Shown here piece by piece: positions 23,094 to 36,923 of a DNA stretch of 64,000 bases. Origin of the DNA: Diplonema japonicum. Lineage: Eukaryota > Protista > Euglenozoa: Diplonemea. Where the stretch lies: NCBI GenBank assembly GCA_964019335.1, contig OZ025690.1, forward strand, positions 62,001-126,000, in the 5' to 3' direction. The position numbers and the translations under genes are program-made. Position 1 is the stretch's first letter. Every line of letters begins with the position of its first letter. Under the pieces are notes generated by a model. That model did no database searches. It was not told the DNA's origin and saw only the letters and a program-made list of their open reading frames with translations.

Positions 23094-25057
23094 CGGTGGT
23101 GTTAGAAAACTGTGAGAAACTGTTGGGAATGAGGGGGGAAAAAAAAAATCTGACGATGAGTAAGGGGTTGAAGGGTGAAAAGAAAAAAGAAAAAAAGAGG
23201 GAGACCCTGCCTTTGCTAAAAAAAAAAGAATAAATAAATAAAAGAAAAAGAAAATAAAACAAGAAATCATGTGACATGGATACTACGTGTAATCCTCAAA
23301 GGACTGGAAAAAAAGGAGAAAAAAAAAAAAGCACTGAGATATTATATTTTCCCCAAGCAAAAAAAAGAGATGAGATAAAGAAGGCTCCTGTTTTGGAATG
23401 TCCCCCTTGTCTCTACTTTAAAAAAAAAAAGGGTGGGGAAACATAATGAAACATCTTCACTGGTCTAATGGTTCGTTCTTTTTTTTTTTCTTTATGGAAA
23501 ATTTCTAGTTTCTCGTTTTCTAAGCCGTTTCCCCCCCCCTTTTTTTTTGCTTTTTCAGGTTATTCTTGTGGCAAAAAAAAAAGGAAGGCATTTCTTGATA
23601 ACAGCTTACCCACACAGAGCATGGGGGAAAGGAACCTAACAATTATTCTTTTTCTCCCTCTGTGGCGTGTGTCCTTTAAGAGATTAAATCAACAAAAACA
23701 AAAAACAAGAAAAAAAAAACATCAAGGCGGGTGCGTGGGGAAAATACAAAGAAACAAATAAGAAGGAAAAAAAAAAAAAAAAGCACGAATTTTTTGTTGT
23801 TTCCCCTACGACAATGATATCAGGCTATCTGTCTGCAGGCGAAAGAGAGGGAGAAAAAAAAGAAGAAAGAAAAAAAAAAAAAAACGAGGGAGTAGCAAAA
23901 GAGAGAACGACAAAAAACGGAAATAAATAAATAGACGAGTGGCACCCTCGCTGTCCCTGAGGAAAGTACCTCCAAACGCTCTGGACCTCAGCAGCTTTAT
24001 TTTTTTTTTAATTGAGTAGATGTAAAATTTGAGGAAGGGGGAGATGGGATTTTTCTCCAATCACTTCTAGGAGAAATAGCATAGCAAATCAGCAAATCCA
24101 CGCGCATGTTGGCGAAAAAAAATGGGGGGGAAAGGACGATAAAATTAACGACAAAAAATACTTAGAAAGAAGGCAGGTCTTTCTGAATTTCTTTTTTTTT
24201 TTTTAAAAAGGGAAAATTTGTGACAACAAACTACCTTTTTAGAGAAAGGAGGGAATGGAAAGAACAAAAAAAAAAAGAGAAATATAAAAAAAAAGCCTTT
24301 TTTTCTTCCTCCCGGCCTCTTTTTTTTTTTTTTTTTTTTTTTTCGTTCGTCCCCCTCGAGAAATAGAACTAGAAAAAGCAAAAAGGAGAAGAAAAAAAAA
24401 GAAGAGGGGGGAGAAGTTTAAAACATCAGTATCAATTTAACAAACAAAATTAAAGGCTGTCTATATTTCCTTGTAACTTTAAGAACCACGAATCCTTTCC
24501 CTTTTTTTTTTTCTTTTTTTTTTTCTAAATTCGGAAGATGGGAAAGTGTGTGTAGGGGACCTTTTTTCTGGTGTAACTTTCAACTTTAATGCCTGAGGCC
24601 GAATGGAACGAAAAGAGGGGGGAAAGCGAAGAGCTTTCGTAGCTCTCTCCTCTTTTTGTTTTCCCATATTTCTTCCCGTAGATAGCTTTTCTTCCCCTTC
24701 GTTCAGCGAGCAGACATTTGTTTCGGCTTCCGTTAAGTATTGATACGCTCTTCCTTTTTCTATTTCTTTTCCTCTTCAAAAAATGTGTAAAAGAAAAAAA
24801 GAATGCATTAATCATGCCACAACGATACATAAAAAGCATACGAAGAAGAAAGAAGAGGAAAAAATAAAAAGAAAAGCGGGAAGAAATAGCCCTCATCCTT
24901 TTGTTTGTTCTGGTTGTTCACAACTGTGTGCTCCCCTATTTTCTTTTTTTTTTCCAGCAAGGGGGAAAGAAGAGAAAAAATAAAAACCTGGAGCGCAAGA
25001 GATCCTTCCGACAGAATTCTGAAAAAAAAAAAAAAAAAAAGAATCTTCTTAGTGACT

Positions 25058-27210
25058 TTATTTGTGGCATGTCACCACTTTTTCTTGTGGTGCCGCAGCT
25101 TGAGGGAAGGGAGGCGTGCAGGCCGGGTTGTTACAAGGGGTGCTGACCCCTAAAACCGCTTTCGTCGGATCGAGGAAGGAATCGTGAGGCTGCAGCTGGT
25201 CGGCTTGCGGTGGGTTCACGAACTCTGTCGCGTGGTCCCTCCCAAAGTAGGAGGTAGTGTGCCCTGACACCGAGTGTGACGTCCTCGCCACCTGTAGGTA
25301 GGAGTATGTAGGAGTCATCATTATTTCGCCCCCAAACATACCTCGCTCCAGGTGTGCGGCAGGACCCCGTGCGGGTTGTGATAGTGCATCTGGACCATCT
25401 GTTGGTGGTGGTGGTGATGATGGTGGTGGTGATGCTGGTGCTGGTGCTGGAACTGAGCCGGCGCCATCACAGGTGGCATCACCTGTGGTGGCTGCTGAAC
25501 CTGTGGCTGCCCTGCCGACATGCTCGACGGGTACGGCCCAAGGGAGTACGGGTTGTTGATGGAGGACACAGTGTGCGGAAGAGGAGGAGGGCCTCCCGCT
25601 GTTGTGCTACTAGCGGTGGAGAGGTGGTGTGGAAGGTGAGTAGGCGACGAGGGCGGCGTCTGAGACGGCTCCGAGTCTGCATACGGGATGGTTGCTGGCA
25701 CAGCAGCAACCACAGCAACAGCTGCCACCTGGCTTTGGGGTGGCTGTTGCTGTTGCTGTGGTTGCTGCTGTTGTTGTTGCTGTTGTTGTGGCTGTGGCTG
25801 CTGCTGTTGCTGTGGTTGCTGTTGCTGCGGTTGTTGCTGATGATGGTTATGCTGGTTCATAGGCTGCAGCGCCCCGCACGACAGACAGTGCAAACCCCTC
25901 AGAGGTGCACCTGTGGACGTCGACCCCTGTGGCAGGTTCGAGGGCAGCAGGTGCGCTGGTAGGGGACCCTCCTGCGTGCAGAGCGGGATACCAAAGAGCT
26001 CTTTCTGCATCTCAGCAGCGTTCAGAGGTGTGCCTGTAACGCAGCCAGGAGTGGCCGACGGCAGCTGTGCCATGATGGGGACAGGGACAGGGACGGGCAC
26101 AGAGATGGGGACGGAGACTATAGGCTGCGCGAGTTTCTCAATTAAAGTGTTGAACTTCGGCGCAGGAGCTGGCGCAGTGGCGTATGTGGTGCAGTACTCC
26201 CTACAGACGTGGATACTGGTGCAGCTCTTCCCATTGTAGCACCGCTTCTCCTGGTGTGCCTTGCAGACCTTGTTGAAGCCGAACACGATGGGCTTGCACA
26301 GCATAGCCGTCTCGTTCAACCCGACTGTGTCACCTGTCCTGTCGGCAGGCACCACACACTTCTGCGCTGCCTTGTTCACCATGAAGATCTGCTCGTCTCC
26401 TGTGAAGGGCGCAACGGTGTTGCCGTGGTAGGGGCAGCACGCCCCGCCACCTTGTTGCAGGAAGGTTACGAATTCTCTGTTGGCGTGGATGCTGGTACAC
26501 ACCTTGCCTTGGTTGCAGGTTCCGGTGTAGATGTAATTGGTGCAGAGCAAGACCTCGGGGTGAGACCCGCTGCGCCTTTGCGTGAGAAATGTTTGCCTGC
26601 CGGTGGTATCCTCTGTTTTAGAGAAGGGAAGGGTGAGGGTGGAAGAGAGGTTGCTGGGGTCTCGGACTGGTATGTCGGGCTCCTTGTGTGAAGAGAGCGG
26701 CTCGTCACTGTGCTCCTTGCCATTCAGCTCGTAGAACATGTTCCGGAGCTTTGTGACGTGCGAGCGTTCGGCGTGGATCTGGTTGCATCTCACGTTGCTT
26801 CTGCATTTCCCCTTTTGGTACAGCATACAGATATGACTCTCCCTTCGGGTGGGGTTGTTAAGCTTCTGGAAGTACAGCAGCCGGCCCACTGTCTGGTCAG
26901 TCATTCTGAAAGGGACAGAGATCTTCTGCTTGGTGGCAGGGTCGCAGATCTGTAGAAGCGAATCAACATACGGCTCCTCACTGGGGTCCACTTCCTTCCG
27001 CTTTTTTGCCTTACTAGCAGCACATTCTTTACTGTTCTTGGTACTCGCCACGCTTGTGTTGCAGCTGTTGCTCCCGCTGCTATTCGCGCTCTTTGGTGTG
27101 CACTGCCCAGCCGCCATTGCATTCCCTTGTAACACTCCGCCAGCGGGGGCTGGAGTGTTGCTGCTTATATCTACCATCCCTACTACAAACGGTTGGGCTG
27201 CTGCCACCAT
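25058..27210 (-). CDS. multi-CCCH zinc finger RNA-binding protein with polyQ/polyH tail, 2 exons, ~700 aa
   Basis: Three CCCH fingers (CMLYQKGKCRSNVRCNQIH, CTNYIYTGTCNQGKVCTSIH, CKAHQEKRCYNGKSCTSIH). Intron 25292..25341 joins ORF 25058..25339. Confidence 0.85.
25400..25860. repeat. coding trinucleotide repeats (polyH and polyQ/P)
   Basis: tgg/tga and tgc/tgt runs on the plus strand. Confidence 0.85.
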
Positions 27211-27507
27211 ATGACAGGGCACAGTGCGAAAAATAGAATTTCTCTCTTCTTTTTTCGTGTTCTTTTTCTTCTTCTTTTCGACGAAAGGAGAGGTCTGTCC
27301 TCTCCCTTGCGGTTAGAAACCTGTTGTGATCTTTAAAAAAGGGGACAAAAAAGACAGGGAAATAAATCAACGTGATGGAAGAGAAAACCTGTGGATAAGG
27401 TAAAATAAAAAGGAAAGGACGCGGACAGCACGGTGGGGAGGAAGCACTGCTGGAGAAGGAGAGGCGGGGTGGAGAACGGGTGTATGAAGAGAAAAAAAAA
27501 GAAACGG

Positions 27508-27549
<42 letters not shown>

Positions 27550-27707
27550 GTGGAGATGGTAGAATAATAAGAAACACAAATCTCTTTTTTTTTGTTTCCC
27601 TTCACTAGCCGGCTCCACCACACTTTCCTGAGAGAAAAAAAAGGGGGGGGTAACACTTTCAAAAAAAAAGGAAGAAAAAAAGCCCCCGTTAACCCCAACG
27701 CTGAAAC

Positions 27708-30700
27708 CTATATCCACGCAGTCCAACCTTCATACATGTGAATAAGGTTCTTTTCGCTGGTTGCCTCGTTGATGATATTATTGACCTGTTCCGTTACGGA
27801 CACAGGGGTGTCAAGGGCAGCGCGCTTCCCGATGTCGCGTCCTTGAAGCTTGAGCTCAACCTTGCGGATAACGTTCAGCGCGTGGAGGTTACGGCCGTCT
27901 GAAGGTACGTCTGAGCTGACGTGGGGCAGGTCGCCTTCTTCATCTTCGATCGAAAAGTCGGAGCAGCCTAGCACGGCAAGCTCTTCCAGTTGGTTGAGAC
28001 AGTCGGCATGGACGCTCTTGAGCTCCTCAACACCGCTAACAGCCGACGTGCCTGCTACGGTTTCTTCCTCGCCTCCTGCCTCGGGACCCCATAGCCTGTC
28101 GAACATCCCACACCACATGTTGAACCCTTTGATACACCTCTTGCACAGTTCGCTTGTTCCCTTCACCCTTTGGTGCAGTCTCTTCAATGTCGGGAATTGT
28201 GTCAGTGTCTTAAGCACACCCGACACCAAGGTGTCTATGTGCCGCATGTGGTCCACGTACATTGTCTTGTTGGCAATGACCTCTGAGTATGCCCCTGCAG
28301 TGGCCTGCGATGATTGGTTTTGCAATACAGCCAGCAGTCCTTTTTTCTCGACGATGGATATCTCGGCTTGTCTGCTCTGTTCTTCCAGCATGTCCAGCTT
28401 TGTAGTGAGGTCTTTCGCCCTTTCCTTGTTGTGCCGCACAACAAGCACCGCCCGCACAAGCGTGTCGAAGGCCAGGCTTGTCGTCTCTGCCTCCGTCGCT
28501 ACTGCGTTGTGGATGTCGTCGTTCTCGCGAGAGATGTTGCGCAGCGTCTCCAGGTAGATCACCTTCCCCGTCGCTTCTGTCACTCGCTCGCAGTGCTCTA
28601 CCGTCGTGTCGAACTCGAAGCGTCTGTCCTGTACTAGCTTCATCCCGAACTTCTTCTTGTCCGCAGGCAGCTCTTCTAGAAGTTCAAACTCCGCCCTGCA
28701 CAGATCTGTCAGCTGCTGGTTGAGCTTGTCCGTCAGCGTCTTGTACTGTGTGATCTGCGTGTCGAGTCCAGCGGCAATGTGCTGCCGCTTGTTCATAGAC
28801 CCCAGACCGTTGGGCAGCTGTTGTGCAAGGAACGGTTCCAGCAGCCAGCCGTAGTACAGCACCTGCGTGTTGGTGTCCGCGTTGAGCTTTTCGAAGTACC
28901 GCTGTTCCTTGTAGAAAGCTTTTAGATTTCTCGCAAGAGTTGCCACCTCCTTCCCTAGCATGTGGTTGCAAACAGCATCGAGTGCGTCCCTCATATCCGC
29001 GAAGTGACCCCCCTCAAACCTTCCCTTGCCCTTCTTGATGACTAGAGTCACCAGGTCCCCTACTTGCGCGTTCAAACCGATTGAAGGGGGGCGGATGCTG
29101 TCGGGGTTTAGCCTGCCAACTTGCTGCATGGCCGCAAGTGAAAGGTCGTTCGTGAGCTTCACAAGTACCTCGTCGATGGCAACAGAGCACGCAGGGTGCA
29201 GGCAGACCTCTACTAAAGTGCTGATGAACACGCGCAACACACAGTTCACCCTGCGGAGCAGGTAGTGCCTGTTCAGCTTGGGTTGGTGCGGTTTGCAGCC
29301 AATAGAGATAAGGTCAGTGATAGTCTTGAGTGTCTCGGCGCACTCCAGGTTAAGGAAGTCTTGGGGAAACATCACAGGGTTGTTGAAAGCAGAGAGAAGG
29401 TACGACTGGAAGTCGCCAAGGGAGGTCCTCACGAAATCTTCCGTGGCACCTTCTTTGGGGCTGCCAAACAGGAGGGGTGGAAGCTTGTCGGCAAAAGTTA
29501 TGAGCAGACCATCTATTTTGGACAGCGTGGTGTTGAGCATTGCGATGCTAGTGGCGGTGGACGGCTTGAGGACAACGAGGTCGCCTAGCCACATCGTAAC
29601 AAAATTGAAGGAGTAGACTGCCTTGCGGAAGGCAGTGAGGGTGTGCCACTTGCCGTGCGTCAGGAGGTGCGGATCGTCATTTTCCTCCATTTCGGAAAGG
29701 GACATATAACGCTCCCAGCTGTGGACTTGTGCAGGGGCCTGCGAAGCAGAGCTGCAGTGGGACAGGACAGTGATCGACGCGTAGCATATGCTCAGTGTTC
29801 TGTCGGGTGACATATTCAGCGTGGTCTCCAACTTACTGAGATCTATTTCTGGTAATGAGTAGTCCTCGTACATGGCATCTGTCTCCAGCTCTAAAGAAGG
29901 CAGCGATGTCAGCAGCTCGCCAGCCTGCTGCACTACCTCCTCTACGCCCATCTCTAGGACCTCAACAGGTGCTACATGCTCCAACACGCCTCCCTTGACA
30001 GCCTTGTTGACTCTGTCCAGATCAGTGCGATGGTTTTCGACCTCTGAGATGAACTCTTCATAACCCGTAGCCGACAAGCCCTTTTCGATGAAGCTCTTGC
30101 ACACTGTGTTTGTTAAAGGATGGCAATGGAACATACCCCCCGCAAGGCTCTCATAGGTGCTCACCCACAGCTTGCAGCAGTTCTTCTCGCTGTACACGAT
30201 GTCAAGGCTTCTCTCGATTTCCGAAACGTTCTTCTCCCATATGGAGAGGTACTCCTCGATGGTGGAGGTCTGTCGTTGTAATTTTGTAATAACCATTTCC
30301 ACATACCATTTCTTTGAGGGCCCCGTACGTGGACATCACCTTCAGCTCGTGCTGGTCGACCTTCGACAGGACAGACAACAACTTGGCGTCCTGTTTGAGG
30401 TGGTTGACAGGTTTCACAAATTCGAATACCTTTATTTCCCCGAAGCTCTTGCAGAGCTGGGCCGAGACGCGTGAGGACAGCTCTTTGAACCCGACCGGAT
30501 CCGACGGGAACTTTTCAAGATCGCGAAGGGAAGGGAGAGCTTCTTGGCAATCAGACTGTGGGAAGGTCCTTATTGTGGAAGAAAACACACACCTGAACCT
30601 TTCTAAACTGTCTCTGATTCTGGATACATCTTTCATATTGGGACTCAAAGGCTTTCAATGCGCTGTGGGTAGGTGGGTGACATTGTTGGGTGGTGGATAC

Positions 30701-33700
30701 CTTTTAAGGTCAGCCTCCGTCAGGCTCTTGGAACGTATTACGGAGAGTTCTCTCTTCACGGTGCTCACTTGGTGCAGCAACTGTGTCCTCACGTGTTTAT
30801 TCTCCTGTATCTGCTTCACGACATCCGCGTGTTTTGAGGCACGCAGCTGGTCAGCCTCAATAGCAAGTGTGGTGATGGCTTCTTGGCACTTCTGCCACGA
30901 TTCCACCAGGTCCCCTAAAGTCTCGTCCAAGTGCGTGCCTAGCACCCCCAACGACACAGTCACCTCCATCCCTTCCGTGGCAGGGTCACACACACGTTTT
31001 GCTGTCCACTCCACAAGAGGATCATGTACAAAGGCCTCAAGTAGTCCGAGTAAAGTGTCTTTGTTTTCACGGAGGACACCCATCGTATCTTCACACACGG
31101 ACTTGTACGCCCCCTGCACGCCTTGTATTCCCAAGGCATCACGCAGGACAGGCGTCAGTCTGAAGGGCACGATCTCCGGCACCCTCAGCTGCATGCCCTT
31201 CTCGAAGCAGATATTGTAGTCGATGTGCACCGTCTCACCACTGTCGAAGTCAATCAACATGTTATCCAGATGTCTATCACCTAACCCGATCACGTACCCC
31301 AGCACTGACATCACTGCCAAGGACGACGTATACCGCCTGTTCCTCTCCAGCCAGCTCACAACCCCTGTTTCGGTGTACGACGTCGTCGTATTCGAGCTCC
31401 CCCTGCACCACAGTTCCCGGGTCAGAAGATCCTTCGGCACTTCGTTGCTCAGCTGTGCGAAGACTTTCGCAAGCACTTCTTCGGGCCAGTCAGTTCGCGT
31501 CCCGATGTTCGAAATGCCTACCTCCTTCAACGCGGGCAGAAGCTTTGCGAAGAAGTGATGCACAGGGTTGAAAGATGCCTTCCCAGGCTTTGTTTTCTTG
31601 GAGCCCACCAGCTGCTCGACGTTGCTCTTCCTCTTCATCCACTGCCTGTGCAGATGGAACACAGCGTGAACGTTGTCCACGAACCTGATGAGGCCCGAGC
31701 TGTCGCTCAGCGGCACCACTGCATACGACCTTGCTCTGAGACTCTTCTTCTTTCCCGCGTGGCTTGATCCAAGGAGTACAGTAGCAGTCCGAAGCACCTG
31801 CATGACGCGCTCGTCAAGACTCAAATCCTCCTTACCCTTCAGCAAGAATGTGTACTTCCTACCGTCGCTGCCCCACATCACCAGTTTCTTTGGTCTTGTC
31901 TTGGACTCCACTACCTCGACGTGCTGTTCGAGCCTCGTGATCGACACGTACTGCGGGCATCCCGGCACAGGGATAGCAGTGTCCTTTAGCTTTGTAAGCT
32001 GCGTTGAAATATCGCTCAAAGACAAGAGACGAGGGCGTCGCTCGCTGTCGTTCAAAGACTTGTTCAGCTTTGAGAATACACTCGCCAAAGATGTGTGCGC
32101 TGCCTCCACGGCACTGTCGACATTCTTGCTTACCTGCGGGAGGCCTTTCTTGAGTTCGTGAAGAGCACGCTGCAGCTTAGGGAGTGTCTCCAGCTGGAAC
32201 TCGCTCTCGTGCAAGCACATAGCTGGGCATTGGACCTTCTGTATCTGCTTCTCAAGCACCTGCACCAACGGCTGCAAGAGCGCTTCGAACTTCTGTCGCT
32301 TCAACAAATTAAACTTCGACTCCGAAGCGCCACTCCCCTCTGCCGTAGTCTTTCCCAACCCTGCCAGCCTTGACCGCACAAAGGACTTGTAGCTTGGCAA
32401 CACCTTAGTCAAAGACTGGTTCAGAGACGCTACTACAGCGTTTGTTTCCTCGTCGAGCAGACTCGTCACGCGAACCAATTCAGCCGCAAAGTCTTTCGTC
32501 TCTGTGAAGGCATCGCCAACAGCAGACAGCGTGTCCCACAGTTCTTCAAAAGACTGCTTAGGTGCACCCTGTTTGGTGGTGCCCAGTGCCGCGATCAAAG
32601 GATACAAAAGAAGCATGGGCACCTCAGCACACAGCTTCTGTAGCAGCTGCTTGACAGCATGGTGCACGGAGGATGTACTTGTGAGGTGCGCCATTAGCTG
32701 TGGGCTGATGTCCCTCCAAGCCCGAAGGGGTGTCTGCACAATCTCAGCAATGCGCTGCTTATCAATGAAGAAGCCGGAGCCGGAGCCCTGCTGAAGCAGC
32801 TGGAGAACCCGAAGTGCGAGCTTCATGTCCGTTAGAGGGGGGTCATCGTTCTGTGCCGGTAAGTGCAGGGCAGCAAGATGGCTCCGCACAGCCTCAGCCC
32901 ACAATGCTTCGTTCGTGGCGTTTTGCATGGTCCACTCTGCGTACCTGCACATGGAAGCCTTGCTCATGCTATAGTTAGTTTTCAGAGACCTCACAATAGT
33001 GGCAGCCAGATCAGAGGGGTGTACTTTCGCACTCTGCACAAGGTACGAGTTGAACGCATCTGATTCCAGTACTAGGTCATGAAGCTTCAGCAAGGCCATC
33101 AGTGACTTCCCGCTGCTGCCAGCTTGCCACAAGCTGTCGATCCCTTTCGTGATTTGTCCCTTGTCAGTACTCAAGAGCTGCAAGCAGCACTTCTCGTAAG
33201 ACCCGCTCACCTTCCATTCTTGGCTGTCAGGTAGCGACAGAAGCTTTTTCACTAACTTTGCAGAAAGCATGGTGTTGCCTGCCTCGCGTGCCTCCTTCGA
33301 GGCTTGGAGGAGCATCATTGGGAAGCTGTTGCAACTTGCAGCCAGTTTGTGTCCCAGGATGAGCGATGTCTCTGCTCTACGACACGAGGCAGCATCGGGG
33401 TATGAGATGAGGGAGTTGAGCGTGTCGCCCAGGCAGACCTCATTACAACTCGCGTCGATCGCGTGTTGCCGTTGGAGGAGGTCCACGGCCTCCACAAGAC
33501 GGTGGCGGTGGGAGCTAACGCTTTCGCTGTCAAGGTGCTCCTCTGCCACGACACGCAGGATCCGCAACTTCGACAGTTGCTCCGGGACGGTGCTGAACGT
33601 AGGTCCTTTGCTCGACACCACGTTCGACAGGACTTTTATCTTCTCGTCGCAGTTGACGCAGAGCTCCAGACACTCCGCAAAGCTTCCCTGCTCCCACTCT

Positions 33701-36546
33701 GCCAGTGCCTTCGCGTACTGCACTGCTACACCAACCTGCGTCCCTGCTGTCGAAGAGCCGGACTCGTAGGCATCAATGACCTCCTTTGCGATAAAACGTA
33801 CTTTGCGTTCCCTAGCAGCGTCGGGCTTTGTGCCATTGGCGTCATTGGTGACAGACTCTTTCAGGAATTTCACCCACTGGAAAAGCTCCTGCCAACCGAG
33901 GGACTTGGTGCAGCAGTCGACGTAACAGTGAGACACGATGCGGATGACCGTTAGCTGGGAGTACTTCAGAGCACTTTGGAGAAAAACTCGCTTGTAGTGC
34001 ACAAGAGCCTCCTCGTGCCGTCCATCTGCATGCATAGCCATGCCCGACAGAGCCTCGTGAAGAATTGGCATGTTGTGCTTCCTCAATAAGTCCAGTTTGG
34101 AACCTTCCTCGATCTCACCTACGAGAAACCCTGTAACCAGCCGCTCAGCCCATGTCAGGTGCCCCATGATGATGTCGCCACAGGCACTCTTGTTGACATA
34201 GACACTGCTCATGGTGAGGAGGACTTTCTCCATTTCGATGAAAACCCTGTACTGCACGTCAGACGTCACGCCCTGAGACACGTAAGCGTTCATCTCCTTC
34301 AAGCGCAGCCCGCATGACCTGACGAACATCGGGTGGAACAGTGGGGACGTCATTGTCTCACCTGCCGCCACCATCTGCAGCCTGATGCACGAGAAGTACT
34401 CGTCGCAGACCTTTCTGTTTGTCGGGAAGAACACTGTCGAGGGCCCCGACCACGCCGTCTGCCGCTTATCGATCTCAATAACGTACCCTTCCTGGGCAAG
34501 GTACACCCATTTCTCAAGCTCGTTGAGCAGCAGAAGGATAAGTTGGCTTCTTAATGCGGTACCAGCAGCCTGCGAAGAAGTGCGTCCGTTCTTCATTGCA
34601 TCGTTGCAACCGTTCGCGAAGCTCGTGTAGTTGTCATCCAGCAAGAAGGACGTAGACCCCACCTGCTTGAGCAGTTTTTCAAGTTCGGAGAAGGTTGCTT
34701 GCGCGTCGCCGAGGGTTGTTTTCAGCTTCTCGGTGACACAGTACCGTACTGCTGCAGTGATCACGGAGCACAGCAACGCGTGTTGCGACGTCGGGGGGCC
34801 TTCTAGCGACCTTGCCATGGCGTAGGTTTCCGCAGCAATCATGTGTAACCCGTCAAATGGGTTCTCATGCTCCCCTCGGATAATCTGTATCAAGATCGCG
34901 AACTGCCTACCGCGCATAGGCGCCACCACGGGGTACGTTTTAGTCCGTTTGACGGGCTGCAACTTGCCTGCCAAACGCAGCTGCTCACAGAACACTCTGT
35001 ACGCACAATGCCTGACTGTGTCGTTCTCGTCTGTTAGCAGAACGGACAGTGCGTGGTACAATTCCACATTGATGGACTGAACTACCTCCTGTGTGGACAC
35101 TTCCACCAACACCATGATCGTCTTCACTGCGCTTACCCGCACCATCGCATCCCTGTCCTGCAAACACTTCTGCAGGACTGCTACGAATTCAGACGACAAA
35201 TCGCACAGCACGAACTTTGCGTCGCGTACTACCATCAAGCTGTTTTGCACCCATTCCATCAAATTGAGCTTCACGCTCGTGTCGAACTTCTCGGAAGCTT
35301 CGTATATAGCAAAGATGCTACACGTGATGTGCACCACCTGCATGGTGTGCACCAGGGGGCTCACCATCAGATGGCTCAGAACGTGATGTGAAATCTTGTC
35401 CACCAGTTTCATGCCGTCTGCTGCGGAGGTGGGGAGACACGCCACCCATTGGTTCCCGTTCAAGAGCTCAAAATAAGCCACTCCCTTAGTCTCGGGGCAG
35501 TGCAGCATTTTGAACAAGACGTTGTAGAGAAACGACACAACGCGCTGTGTGGAGGTGGTGTAGGTGGCGCTGTCAGAACACAGCTCGCTGATGCGGTGGA
35601 TGACCTCGGCAACCACGTTTCCGCCGACGGCTTTCAAAACATAGAGGTACAGCTCTTCGAACTGGGGGACGAACGCGAGCTCCGTCTGCACATTCGCTGT
35701 CTTAATAAAAGACTGCACGGCGTCTAGAAGGCCGCTACGGTGCTCCGTGTTGTAAGAACCAGACTCCTCTAACATGAGCTGCTGCAAGATATACAACAAC
35801 ATGTCGCCAGACTCTTCAGTGAGAGATGGCTGCGACTCGAGAAGTTTACACGTGAGCGGCAACAGTGCGGACGTTGAAGCACGAGGATCGCTGACTATGC
35901 AGCTTATGAACCGTATGACGTTCGTGACCCACTTAGGCTGCAGCTTCATGGAGGGAAGCACACGGCCGAAGGAGTCAATAAGAGTGTCGGCCGTCCTTAG
36001 TGGAATCATCCCTTCGAGGGACTCCTGGATCACGATCAGGACCGTCGTGAGGCGCATGATGTGCTGCGCGTCGCCGATCTTGCGGTGCGTGAATACCTTC
36101 TGGATGTACATTTCTCCGTGCCAACCAGAGTCGGTGACCCTGCTTGCGTCATTTAGCTCGTCGGTGAGCTTGATTAGGATTTGTATTGCGTGTGAAGATT
36201 GGATCTTCCAAAGGTGCGCCAGCGACATCATCGCTTTTTCAATTTCTTCCAAAGTCGGTATAGGTGTGTCCATCGTGAGGTACCACCTTAGCATGATGTC
36301 CACAAAATCCACCCATCTGTCTCGCAGTGCTTGCGGGTATGCCTCTCCCACCTCCGTCACCACTCTCACAACTGCCAACACTGAACTGTTGTCGCCTGCA
36401 GTTTTCGCCGTCTCGACCAAGCGCAACACATGTTCGAATAACGCACCAGTCTGATTGTCCTCTAGCTGTCTCCTTACAAAGCTGCAGTACCCCCTCACCT
36501 CCTGTTCGGGCACCACCAGCCCCATGTGGGTGTGGTACCTCTCCAT
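27708..36546 (-). CDS. SMG1: SMG1 PIKK kinase (nonsense-mediated decay), 4 exons, ~2908 aa
   Basis: SKTRPKKLVMWGSDGRKYTFLLKGKEDLSLDERVMQ, GLGDRHLDN and HIDYNICFEKGMQLRVPEIVPFRLT (SMG1-type). A long post-kinase insertion precedes FATC NLIHMYEGWTAWI. Three ORFs are joined by introns 30663..30700, 30556..30592 and 30270..30306. Confidence 0.9.
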
Positions 36547-36923
36547 TCTTTGCAAAAAAAGAAGAAAAGTGTCGTCAAAAGAAGAGAAAAAAAAGAGGTT
36601 GTTTCGGGTTTGTTTCTCTCTTTTTTTCTTTGTTCTCTTTTTTCTCTCTCTCTTTTCTTTTCTTTTTTCTTTTTTTTTAAATCGCTTTCGATAAAGGCTT
36701 TTTCTCTAAACGGCTTTCCTGATCCCTTAGCGAATTACCATTTTTGTAAAGGTTGGTTTTTTATTTTTAGCGTTAATCTTCAGTTCTTTTTTTTTCCCCT
36801 CCCCCCCCCTGTAGTTTACGTTTTTACTTTTATTTTTGTGTGCTACTGGGGGGGGGGAGAAAAAATAACAAGTTCAAGAGCCCTCCTTCCAAGCACATTC
36901 CGATGGAAATAAGAGTGTGCATT

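Noticed and set aside
30314-31219. Long plus-strand ORFs (e.g. 30314..31219, 60570..61373, 19704..20474)
   Set aside because: Antisense shadows of GC-rich minus-strand genes, with no recognisable motifs.
27708-36555. SMG1, VPS13, PSD and CSN1 as frameshifted pseudogenes, programmed frameshifts or stop-codon reassignment
   Set aside because: Every break is resolved by a short GT-AG intron matching the window consensus, and multi-kb exons contain no in-frame stops.
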